This document shows, in pieces, positions 13,417-24,939 of a stretch of 56,569 nt of DNA; the stretch's first letter is position 1; every line of letters begins with the position of its first letter. A program made the position numbers and the translations under genes. The DNA is from Moniliella sp. 'wahieum'. Lineage: Eukaryota. The stretch covers positions 186,001 through 242,569 of the forward strand of contig RSEE01000096.1 in assembly GCA_003971905.1 (NCBI GenBank). The letters run 5' to 3'. The notes under the pieces were generated by a model. It saw nothing but the letters and a program-made list of their open reading frames with translations. It had not been told where the DNA came from and did not search any database.

Positions 13417-14156
13417 CCAAGACTGGACGAGAGCGCGTGGGTAGAGTTGGCTTGAGCTGGTGGAGCGGTATGGGATGGGATGGGACGGCCTACCCCCGCG
13501 ATGCGCTTGTTTGCTTGTTTGTTTGTTTGCTTGCTTGCTGCGCTACCTACCCCCGACCCGCCCCACCATCTCTTGTGTTCCTTCGTCCCTGTCGGAGCCC
13601 GATCCCAGCCCCAGTCTGTCTCCCTGTTTCCCCCCCTTCCGTTATCGTTATTCTAATCGCCTGGGCGGCGCACTGCCTTACTGCCTCGCCGGGCTCGCTG
13701 GACGGTGGGTGCGACTGGGTCGGCCCTGAGGCTCAGCCCTGAGGCTCAGGGGCTGAGGTCAAGGCTCAAGGCTCAGACTCAGACTCAGGCTCAGGCTCAA
13801 GCTTGAGCTCAAGGCTCTTGTGCCACCTGGCACCCTGCTGCCCTGGTCCCTGGTCCCCTGCTTCCCTCTTTTGTGCAGCCTTGCTTAGCTTCCCTTTGCC
13901 TGGGCTTGGCTTACCGCGTCGCTGGAACGAATTGAATCGTGGTACGCATGATCCATCCTGTCTGCCCTGGCCTGGCCTGGCCTGGCCTGGCCTGTCTTCC
14001 CCCCCTCTCTCCATGTGCTCCCTCGTGCGTTTGTTCTCGTTGCATGCCTGTTGCTCCTTGCCGCACCCCTCTCAACTAATGTACTCGTGTCGTTTCCTGC
14101 TCGCTTGGCCCTGGTAGCTTGGATGGGAAGACTGGAACGTGAAATGAGGCCTGAGG

Positions 14157-14178
14157 TGAGTACTGAGTACTGAGTACT
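14157..14178. repeat. Quasi-palindromic heptamer array (TGAGTAC)3
   Basis: tgagtac tgagtac tgagtac t. Confidence 0.85.
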
Positions 14179-15024
14179 TGAGGTGAGCACTCAGACAGAG
14201 TGGTGAATGGTGCCAAGATGCAAGATGGGAGATTGATTGCGGATGGCCGCGGCGCCAGCCTGGGTGATGGAGGTGCGCGTGACGCGTTGTGTTGTGTTGT
14301 GTTGTGCTGTGTTGCCGTCCGGACAGTGTTGGAGCGTGACGCGTTCAACCTGCCTCGGGGGACTACGGACGAGGGACTGGGGGTTGGATCGTCGATAGGC
14401 GTCGAGTGAGAGAGTGGGGGGCAGCCCACACGCCGATCCTGGTTCTGCGTACTCAGTACAGTCGGAGTACTCAGATGCAGGGGGATGCCCATGCATCCGC
14501 GGACGCAGAAGGGGGGACCGCACCATGCTGGCGCGGCGGCGCTGTGGGGCGGGGCGACCGGTGACGCTGGCCAGGTGCGCTGGTGGGGGGATCTGTATCC
14601 AGGAGCACAGAGACAAGGGTGCGCCCCCCCTTCCCCCGTGCAGCTTGCAGGGCGCAGGCCAGGCACGCGCACACTCAGGCACACGGGCGCTGCGCAGGCG
14701 GTTGAACGTTGAAATGTGACATGTGACATGGGCTAGCACGCCGGTGCTCGGAGGCGACGCGTGGGCTGCGCAGAGCACTGCCCCCTGCGCCGTGGGCGCT
14801 GCAGCGGCGGTCCCCCGGTTTTCGGGTGTCCGCGTGACGCGTAGGTGGCAGGCGGAGGGCCGAGAGTGGCCAGGTGCGCCTCGATCCCATGTCACACGCC
14901 AGTCGTCTGTTTTTCCCGCCCCTCGAGTGGTTTGTTTTTGTTGGTTGGTGGTTGGCGGCCGCCGGCGCTGCTTCCCCCCCCACCGCCTCCGCTGCTTCTC
15001 CTTCTCCTTTGCCCCCGCACGCCC

Positions 15025-17039
15025 ATGGCTGTCCTTGCGCGCGCCACCCCGCCCCGCCCGCGCGCCCACTCCGCCCCCGCCAGGCCCGCTCCTCCGACGC
15101 TGCCTCTGGCCACGCCTCCCCCACCACCAGCAACCAGGGCGGCAGTGGCGACGACCCCTCCACCTCCGCTTCCACCCCCGGCGACAACGGCGGCCAAACC
15201 ACCTCCCATTCCAACCCCGGCGGCAGTGGCGGCACCACCACCGGTGGCAACGGCGGCAACGGCGGCGGCGGTACCACCTCCACCAACCAGGGTGGCACCA
15301 CTACCAATGGTGGTGCCGGCAATGGCGGTACCACCTCCGATCCCTCGCCCACCTCCCGTCCTACATCGGGCAATGGCAGCGGAAACGGCGGAGGCAACAC
15401 CTCGGCCAATCCCACTTCGACGGGCAACCCCAATACGCCTACGTCTACGCCTACGCCTACGCCTACGCCTACGCCTACGCCTACGCCTACGCCCTCCACC
15501 TCGCCACCCTCGAGCCCTACGCCAACCACGTCCCCGTCCAACGGGGGCGGCGGAGGCGTTACGCGCAGCACAGTCACCACCCAGGTGATCATTACCCCCT
15601 CTGAGACCAGCGCCGCTCCTACCCAAACCACCGTCGTTATCTCCACCAGCACGCCGGCGGCACCGACGTCCACCCAGCAGTCCCTATCCACCTTGTTTGA
15701 AACCAGCTCCAGTTCTTCCTTTGTCACGGACACGGTCACTTCCACCTCCCACTCCTCTGAGTACGTTTTCTTTTCTTTTTTTCTTTTTTTCGTTTCTTTG
15801 TTTCTTTCTTGCCTCCTTCGCAGCCCTCTCATCCCTCTGACTTGTCCCATTCCTAGCAGCAGCCCAGCGAGCACAGGCAAGAGCGTGGTGACCTCAGTCA
15901 AACAGGTCACCATTACCTCTTCGCTCGACAATGGCGGCACGACGCTCATCACGTCATCCAGCACGCTTTACACGCAGAGCACCGCGACTGGCTCCTCGTC
16001 CAACGGCTTCTTCTCCAACCACGGCGCTGTGGGCGGAACGTTTGCCGCGGTGGGCGTAGTGGCGTGCGTGCTGCTCGGTCTGCTGGTGTGGCTCTTGGTG
16101 CGCAAACGCCGGCAGCACCGTATGGACGCAGACATTGTAGCTGCGACAACTGCCGGTGCCGCGGCGACCCGCCAACCATTTGACGACGACGACGACGATG
16201 ACTTTGCATTGGAAGATCCTGAGATGAGCGGGCCCGGTGGCGCAAGTACGTCCGACCCACGGTTCGCCTCGGGCAGCTTGCTCCCGCAACTCGGACCTGG
16301 ACCCCACGGCGCATACAGCGACTATGGCGCATACACTTCCCCGGGCCGCACGTCCCCTGGCAACCCGCTCGGCTCGATGACCTACTCCGACTCCCCCGCC
16401 GCTCCGTACGGGTACGATCCCTATGCGCTGTACGATCCTGCCGGCGGGCACGGCCCAGGAGGCGCCGCGACGGCGGCGGGTGCCGGTCTTGCGGCTGGCG
16501 TGGGCGCAGCAGGCGCAACGGGGGTTACGGCCGCAGGATCAGGATCAGGTTCGCAGAGCCATAGCTACCACACGCTTTCTGCCGAGGGGGGGTACGCGAC
16601 GCCAAGTGGGTACCCTGAGCTCGGCGGGGCTTACGGCGCCGCCGCCCCGCACCCACCACCACAAGCGTATTACCCTTACCCGTCTCGGGACGGGTACGGT
16701 GTGCCGGGCGATACGGCTGCGGGCCAAGCGGCCGGACAGGCGTATGCCGAGCCTCAGGCGTCCTATTCCACCCACAGCACCCATGTCGGTCCCACGGCGC
16801 CTAGCACGCCTGGCCCACACGCTGCCGGTCTGCCCGTGTCCGTCTCTGTGCCTGGGACTGGGCTCACGCAGCCCGAGACGGAACTGGCGCCAGGTACGAT
16901 GTCCTCGATCCCCCCTGATGCGAGGCACATGTACGCCTCGCCGTCGCCTGAGATGGGCTCGGGTCCGACCACGCTCGATGCGGCCCATGTCATGTACGAA
17001 GATGGAGACTCGTTCACCAAGACGCACGTGTCGGGCTAA
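15025..17039 (+). CDS. Ser/Thr/Gly-rich single-pass membrane protein, Mid2/Wsc-like cell-wall sensor architecture; start uncertain
   Basis: ORF 14874-17039: long S/T-rich ectodomain with (TP)n, TM segment GGTFAAVGVVACVLLGLLVWLLV followed by RKRR, Tyr/Pro-rich tail; intron 15761-15856. Confidence 0.75.
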
Positions 17040-17130
17040 CGTGCCCCCCCCACCGTGCCCCTTTCTTTTGTTTGACTTGTTTGTTTCGTTCGGGTTCTTT
17101 TCGTTTCCTTTCATTTCGTCTGGGTTCGTC

Positions 17131-17426
17131 GCGTTGCGTTGCGTTGCGTTGCGTTGCGTTGCGTTGCGTTGCGTTGCGTTGCGTTGCGTTGCGTTGCGTT
17201 GCGTTGCGTTGCGTTGCGTTGCGTTGCGTTGCGTTGCGTTCGTTGCGTTGCGTTGCGTTGCGTTGCGTTGCGTTGCGTTGCGTTGCGTTGCGTTGCGTTG
17301 CGTTGCGTTGCGTTGCGTTGCGTTGCGTTGCGTTGCGTTGCGTTGCGTTGCGTTGCGTTGCGTTGCGTTGCGTTGCGTTGCGTTGCGTTGCGTTGCGTTG
17401 CGTTGCGTTGCGTTGCGTTGCGTTGC
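17131..17426. repeat. (GCGTT)n microsatellite, about 59 copies
   Basis: Near-perfect pentamer run with one 1-nt deletion near 17240. Confidence 0.98.
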
Positions 17427-18297
17427 ATTGGGCGCGACGCACGGTGAACGTTGAAGCTTTGAAGACGCTTGCCGCTCCCCCTTGGACCACTTGGTTGATC
17501 CCGTTACGCTTCTCTTCTGGAACCCGGTGCCGGTGGGTCCCCCGGTACCCCCATCTACCCCCCATCGACCCCCCATCGACCTTAAGCCTTACCCTTCCTG
17601 GTGCATCTTATGTATTTTCTCTCACCCCCCCCTGCTCTGCTCTCCCCTCCTCCCCATCGCCTACCCCACCCTTGCTCATCCACGTCTTTTTTGCGCTGCT
17701 GCACTTGCGCTCTTTTTAGTTGGACGGTTGCTCGTGTCACATGTCACATGCCATTCTCTTCTCATTCTCTCATTCTCCTTTGTCCCATTGTCCCATTGTC
17801 CCATCCTCCCATGCTCGGAGCGGCCTGCGTCGGATTGGGTCTGGTCAGTCGGGTCAGGCCCAGGTGGAGCCCCCAGATGCCGGTGTGGCACGGCGTCCGA
17901 CGTGGCCAAAGGAGGGTGGACAGACGTAGCAGGCGCAGGGCGCGCTGGCCAGTCCCCCGTTGCATTCAGCATTCAGCCACTAGCCGCCAAAGCAGGCCGA
18001 AACAAACACCTACTTGCTGGGCTGGAGATGCTTACGTACAGGCTGTAGGGGTAGCACACGATGGGCTATGCGATGCAGAACATCAAATTTCAAACGACGG
18101 CCCCAGGCAGTTTGCCATTTTTACTCGCTAGGATTGGGCAGGCAGGCAGTAGCAGTAGGGTTCGACGCACCGCCCTGCACGTCCAGCCTGCAGACGGGAG
18201 CCCAGGCCAGCGCCCGAATCACCAGCCCATCCCATCCGCCGTTCCTACTCTTGGCCTCCCGCCTCACACCCGCCCTTCCCGTCTCGCCTTTGTCCCC

Positions 18298-19400
18298 ATG
18301 TCGGCCCACCCGGATGTAGCCATGCCCGATGCGCCCCCCGCCGCTGCTGCTCCCCCCCGCCCCCCCCGCCGAGCACGCGCGGCAGATTCCTGTGCAACTG
18401 CGTGTGCTGCTGCCCTGCTCGGACGCGGCGGCGGTGCTAGGCAAGGGCGGGAGCCAGATCAGTGCGATTCGGCACGAGAGCGGGGCGCGATTGCGTCTGT
18501 CGGCATCGGTACCGGGCAACCCGGACCGGGTGTTGACCGTTTCAGGTATGCTGGACTCGGTGAGTCGCGCGTTGGGTCTGCTGGTTCGGCAGGTGCATGG
18601 CGAGCCGCTCGACACGGCATCTCAGCCTACCTCGCGCGCGTACACGGTGCGCTTGGTGTTGCCCAGTACGCGCATGGGTTCGGTCGTAGGCAAGGCGGGG
18701 TCCAAGATCAAGTCGATTCAAGATGCTTCAGGAGCACGCGTGCAGGCTTCCGAAACGCCCTTGGCCGGGAATCAACGTATCTCCATCACGGGTGTTGGCG
18801 ACGCAGTGCACATTGCCACGTACTACATTGGTCTCCTGCTCGCCGAGACGCACATCGCATCCGCGTCTGGCCTCCCTACCTCCACTCTTACCCCCAATTC
18901 GAACCACGCCAGTACCAATCCCAATCCCAATAGCCCCTACCCCCTTGCGCCGCGGTGGGAGTGCCAACGGGACAGGGACGGTTGGTGCGCCTGGTGCGTT
19001 GGCCCAGCCGCCGCCGGGCGGCCCGCCTCCGCCACACGCGTTCCCACCTCCGTTCCCCGCCTCCACCGGGCGCGCCGGGCGGAATGGGAATGGGAATGGG
19101 AGTCGGGATGCCATTCGGCATGCCGCCACAGCGCGTCAACCTTGCTGTGCCCCCGCCCACGCTGGCCCAGCAGACGCAGCAACTGTACATCCCCGATGAC
19201 CTCGTCGGCTCCGTGATCGGCAAGGGCGGAGCGAAGATTAATGAGATTCGGCAAACGTCGGGCACGCACATCAAAATCACCGATCCCTCTGGCGACGCCG
19301 AACGCTTGGTCACCGTCACGGGCCCCCATGCCGCGATCCAGATCGCTGTCAATATGCTCCACCAGCGCGTCGAGGGGAACGCCGCAGGCTCCAGGGATAG
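18298..19400 (+). CDS. Triple KH-domain RNA-binding protein (Pbp2/Hek2/Rnc1, hnRNP K/PCBP-like)
   Basis: Three GxxG KH motifs: AVLGKGGSQI, SVVGKAGSKI, SVIGKGGAKINEIRQTSG; frameshifts between ORFs 18329-19216 and 18955-19560. Confidence 0.92.
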
Positions 19401-19933
19401 GTGTAAGGGCCGGCGTAAGCTTGCGCTTGGCGTCTGTGGGCTTGCCCCAGCGCTCCTAGGTGCAATTAAAGCGAGACAGCGCCCCCAAAAATGGATATAC
19501 TCGTATTGTAAACGTCCACCCGGTCGGAGGGTCGGGGGGTCTGATGGTCTCGCGGTCTGATAGTCTGATGGTCTGAGAATCTGACCGTCTCTATACCGGT
19601 GGTGGTGTGGGCCTGCGGCCAGGAGAGGGAGGCGGTGTAAGATGGTTCGTACCGCTAATCTGAGCCGTCGAGTGTGGGACGGCGGAGGCGGCCTCACAGT
19701 GGCGAGGAAAAGGCAGTTTTCGTCGGACGCAGTACGCAGGGCAGACGCGCCAACTCCGCCGCGGGGCGGAACGGCTGGGCAGCCCGCCCGGGCAGGAGGC
19801 TGACCTAAGCCCCAGATTTTCGTAGCAGCCGGCTTTTTTTTTTTTTCCGACGGGCCCAAGTCGGACACTTGGCTCTGTTCCCAGTTCCCAGCCTAGCACC
19901 CTCCGTTACCGCCCGAGGGGACCTGCGACGACG

Positions 19934-21495
19934 ATGAGCGCCCTCACGCCCACCCACCTCCTCTTTGAGACGGCCACCGGGCTCGCCATCTTCAAAACGG
20001 CCCAGGGGAGGAGATTGGCAACAAGACGCGGGAGGTGCAGGCGCAAATTGCCGATCTGCACACCTTTTCCAAAATGGTGACGCTCGTCTCGTTTGCGCCG
20101 TTCAAATCGGCCGTCGAGGCATTGCAAGCCTGTCTCGATATCTCCGAGGGCATCGTCGATGACAACCTCAAGCAGCTGCTCCAGGTCAACTTTGAGAGTG
20201 CCAAGGGCGCTGTTGGGCGTATCGGAACGCAACTTGGCCAGCTCGATCGTCGCGGCCACAGGACTGCAGTGCGACACGGGGGAACGGACGATGGAGCTGC
20301 TCCGTGGGATCCGGCTGCACGCCGAGAAGTTGCTCAAGGGGTTGTCGGAGGGCGACCTTGCCAAGGCGCAGTTGGGCCTCGGCCACTCCTACTCCCGCTC
20401 CAAGGTCAAGTTCAACGTCAACCGGTCCGACAACATGATCATCCAGGCGATTGCACTGGTAGACACCCTGGACAAGGACGTGAATACATTTGCGATGCGT
20501 GCGCGCGAGTGGTACGGATGGCATTTCCCCGAGCTGAGCAAGATGGCCCCGGACACGGTCACGTACGCCAAGTTGGCGCGCTACATTAAGAACAAGGAGG
20601 ACTTGACCGAGGCCGACCTGGAGCCCTTGGCCGACCTCCTCGGCGGCGACGATACCCTAGCACGAAACATTCTCGATGCGTCGCGTGCGTCGATGGGCAC
20701 CCAATTGTCCCCGATCGACATGAGCACATTTGAAACGTTTGCCGAGCGCGTGGTGACGCTGGGCGAGAGAGGAAACACATGCACCAGTACTTGGTGGAAA
20801 AAATGCACCTTGTCGCCCCCAACTTGTCTGCCCTGCTGGGCGAAGTGATTGGCGCACGGCTCATCTCCCACGCCGGATCGTTGACCAACCTGGCCAAGTA
20901 CCCTGCTTCCACCGTGCAGATTCTCGGCGCGGAAAAGGCCCTGTTCCGTGCACTCAAGACCAAGGGCAACACGCCCAAGTATGGCTTGATCTACCATGCT
21001 TCCGCCATCCAGCGCGCAGCTCCCAAGAACAAAGGTCGCATGTCCCGTTTCTTGGCCAACAAGATCAGCATTGCCTGTCATCGACTGCTTTTCCGACTCG
21101 ACCACCCTGGCCAACGGCCAGCCGAACGATAAGTTTGGTGCGGTCATGGCCCAGCAGGTGGAAGAGCGTCTGGAGTTTTACGAGACGGGCAAGCCGCCCG
21201 GCAAGAACTCGGACGCCATGCGGCGTGCGATTGATGCGCTCGAGGGCGAAGCGGGGGATCTGTTGATGGACGTGGACGAGGAGGAGGAGGAGAGGAGAAG
21301 GAGGAGACGGACAAGTCCACCGAGAAGAAGGACAAGAAAGACAAGAAGGAAAAGAAGGAAAAGAAAGAGAAGAAGGACAAGAAGGACAAGTCCTCCTCCT
21401 CGGACAAGAAAAAGTCGAAGGACAAGGAGGCCAAGCTGGACAAGGACAAGAAGAAGGCAGAGAAGAAGGCTGCCAAGAAGGCCAAGAAGGCGTAG
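19934..21495 (+). CDS. NOP56: Nucleolar protein 56, box C/D snoRNP core protein
   Basis: [95 protein letters not shown] and a KKE/KKD tail; several frameshifts. Confidence 0.96.
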
Positions 21496-22047
21496 GGGCT
21501 GTGTGTGCTGACCGAGGGCGGCGCAGAGGAGCGGAGGCTGCTCTTGTCTCTGCCACGCACCGATGAGGCCGGTTGTAATCTGTACCATACCTGCCATCTC
21601 ATGTGCTTGGCTGGGTGGGGGTGGGTTATCCGCAACGGGGCAAGGGAAGGGTAGGAGCGTGGAGCGGGGTAAACGGTAGACGCGTGCTCTCGGAGAGGTT
21701 GGCTGTACATGTTACAGCGGACAGACAAGCGGCTGGGTCGCAACGCGAGCAGTCGGAGCAACGCGTAGCGATTGCCAATGGCACCAGCGAGCAGTGGCGC
21801 CGTGCCCCGCCGCTGAGCTTATCCAGCCGTCGGCTAAGGCGGCGGAGCAGCGGAGAGAACAGTGGCCCTGCGCCTCACGCCTCCCCCAGCAGCGGCCCCC
21901 CACCAGACAGTGGCGCCGTGCCTCCGCGGGGGCAAGCGCTGTGCGCTGCAATTTCATTTCCTCCCGCTTCCGCCGCGGGACGGCTGGACGACGCCCCGCC
22001 CGCCCCGCCAAGCATCTGCCGCGCCAACCCCGCCGCACCCGCCCCCG

Positions 22048-22105
22048 CCATCGCCATCGCCATCGCCATCGCCACCACCACCACCACCACCACCACCACC
22101 ACCAC
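22048..22105. repeat. (CCATCG)4 followed by (CCA)~11 just upstream of the second CRAL-TRIO start
   Basis: Read directly. Confidence 0.85.
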
Positions 22106-22112
22106 CCCCTCC

Positions 22113-24074
22113 ATGCCTGCCCGCACGCCTGCCTATGTCCGGCGAGGTATGTCCCCCCTCTGCCGCGTCCACGCTCACCGCTGCCGGTTGCTGACCCCCC
22201 CCCCCCTCCCCCAGAGAACCTCGCGCCCGAGCAGGCCTCTCTTCTCGCCGACCTATGGCGCCTCTTCTTCGCGGTATGTGCCGTGCCCGCCGACCCCAAC
22301 GCCCATCCCGCCCCGCCCGGCGGCCCCCCGCCCAAGCCTGGCACCCTCGATGAGCCCGACGGCTTTGTCCATGGCGACCTGCTTCTCGCCGGGGACAGCC
22401 GCGACTTGCGCCTGATCCTCAAGCAGCACGGCGGTCCCAGCTGCGCCGCTTGTTTTGGACTGGCATGGTGCGTGGCGACCATCCCGATGCCGTCATGCTT
22501 CGCTACCTGCGTGCGCGCAAATGGGATGTACACGCGGCGCTCAACTCGATTGGTTCGACAGCACGCTATCGCTTGGAGAAGAACGTTGACCAGCTCGTGC
22601 GTGAGGGCGAGGAAGGCCTAACTGCCACTGTTGGCGGTCGCAACTTGCTCCAAAAGGGCGTGAGCTTTACGCTGGGAAACGCGACGGGTGGCCAACCGAT
22701 TATTTGGTTCCAAGTAGGCGCTCACTTGGCCTCGTCCCAGACCCAAGCCGAACTCGAGCGTGGCATCATCCTCACCCAAGAATGGCTCAACTTGGCCATG
22801 CCTCCCGGCTCACCGGAGACGCTTCCCCCCAAGTCCGGATTTCGTGCCGGCAGTGGAACGCAAGGTGGTCGTCTTCTCCATGTCCTCCTTCACGTTGCGC
22901 AACATGGACTGGTGGGCTGTCTTTTTCCTCTGCAACTCGTTGGAGCGATGGTACCCAGAGACCTTGGAGCGTGTCTACGTCCACAACCCTCCTTGGATTT
23001 TCCGTCCGATTTGGGCCATCCTCCGGCCCTTGCTCGATCCCAACATTCGCGACAAGGTCCGCTTGACAAGTAGCGTCGAGGAAATGGACCTGATTCCTGC
23101 CGACCAGGTGCCAGCGGCGTACGTCGAGGGGGGCAAACTGGATGGCTGGAGCTGGAACTGGGACCCTCCCGCCGTTGCTGCGAGAACACGAGTCGGCGCG
23201 AGGCCCTAGGAGGCGACGAGACCGAGGCTCGGTTGCAAGCTGCCTTTGACGAGGCGGTCGTCGCGTTCGAAGCCGTGACGCGCAAGTGGATCCATCATGT
23301 AAAGGAAGCGAGACACGCGCCAGCATCATCTGCTTCCGCCCTGCCTGCCCCGCTCAATCCGACCCAGGTCGCCGATGGACACAGCAGCGCGGACGATGCC
23401 GATGCCGAATCCGAATCTGATCTGGCCGAGACGAGGGAGAACCTGGCCAATGTCACGCTCACCAACACCGAGCCGCATCCCGCCTCGACACAATCCCAAT
23501 CCCAATCCCAATCCCAATCTCACACTCCATCCCAATCTCAATCCCAGCCCCACCCCCGCTCCTCTTCGTCACATGGCCCTGCTTCTACGCTAGCTAAACC
23601 TCCAGGGGCGGAAGTGGGCCACCGCGCCAGCACCGGAAGCTTGACGTCGCGCGCGTCCCGCGTCTCGCGTACCTCACGTACCTCTCGTACCTCCCCGCCT
23701 CCCACGCTTCCGCTCAACGCAAACGCAAACGAAAACTAACTGCGCCCGAGGCGTTGGAACGAGCTGCGTCGCAGCGCGCTCTCGCCGCAACTCAATTGCG
23801 CCTCGCATGGCTCCAACTCAAACCGTTCGTAACTGGCATCACCCTCCTCGATCGCACCCACATCATGCGCGACGATGGTACACTCTCTTGGGCACCCCTC
23901 TTTGGCAAGTACTTCCCCGCCCCACCCGCCACACCCGAAACTGGCCCCGAAACCGGCCCTGAAACTACCCCCGATCCATGCCCCGATTTGAAGTTCAAAG
24001 TGTGGGGCCGCCAAGTTTCCCTCCCGGCGCTTCAGCGTCTCTTGCGCCCACGTTCCCCCGCCGAGTCGGACTGA
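22113..24074 (+). CDS. Second CRAL-TRIO (Csr1-like) lipid transfer protein
   Basis: Intron 22147-22214; DHPDAVMLRYLRARKWDV, VVFSMSSFTLRNMDWWAVFFLCNSLERWYPETLERVYVHNPPWIFRPIWAILRPLLDPNIRDKV, LKPFVTGITLLDR..DGTLSW. Confidence 0.9.
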
Positions 24075-24939
24075 GCCCGCCGCAGCCGGACGTAACCTGA
24101 CGCAGCCGGACACAGCAATAAGTCTGGCCTTGGGTATGTGTCTGTGCCTGCGCCTGTGCCTGTGCCTGCGCCTGTGCCTGTGGCTATGGGCTATGCCTGT
24201 GCCTGTGCCTTGTGCCTTGTGCCTTGGCATCCATCCCATCTCTAGTTCCCCGGTCCCCCGCCGCCGGCGCTATGGCATTGGCTCTGGGCTTTGGCTCTCC
24301 CGCTGGCCCAACTCGGGTCTCAGCCCGCTGTCCTCTGTCCACTGTCCTCTGCCCTTTGTCCTCTGCCCTTTGTCCTCCGTCCAGGGCAGTGGTAGTGGTT
24401 TGACCCAGCCCTTGTCGGCCTGCCCCCCCCCCCTCTCCTGGCGATCCATCCCCCTTTTAACATCGGATCCGGTCCTACTGCACCACCCGCGCCACGCAGG
24501 TTGCGTGCATGGTCTGGTGCACGGGGAGGACCGCTTGCTAGGCATACCCTCTGCTTTGTTTCCCCCCTGGTTTGGTTGATATGTTGACTACGTTGGCTTG
24601 GCCAAGCGTACCCACCCGCTCGTTTTCACTTGTTTTCACCCGCTTTCCCTCGTTTTCCTACCTTTCTTGCTACTATCCACATGCTATTCTCCAGGGCCAA
24701 GCCAGGGCGGCGATAGACGTGTTGGTGGGGCGGCAGAGGCGCGTATAGCATCGGCGATAATCGATAAGGGGTCGCTAGGTCGCTGGGCAAGCGGGAGTCC
24801 AGGAGTGTCACGTGACGGCCACGTAACGAGGCAGCGCAGGAGAGCACTCGGTCCGTCTGCGCCCCCGCACCACCATCTCGTGTCGGCGTCTTGTGGTTGC
24901 GTCGCGTGTCTTCCCCATCCTCGTCTGCTGCGGGGTGCC

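Noticed and set aside
16423..17719. ORFs with (RCVAL)n or (NATQR)n repeats
   Set aside because: Translation artefacts of the stop-free (GCGTT)n microsatellite.
22808..22853. Possible 46-nt GC-AG intron restoring MPPVERK in the second CRAL-TRIO gene
   Set aside because: Poor donor (GCTCAC) and no branch site; one extra C in the homopolymer near 22825-22830 restores the frame equally well.
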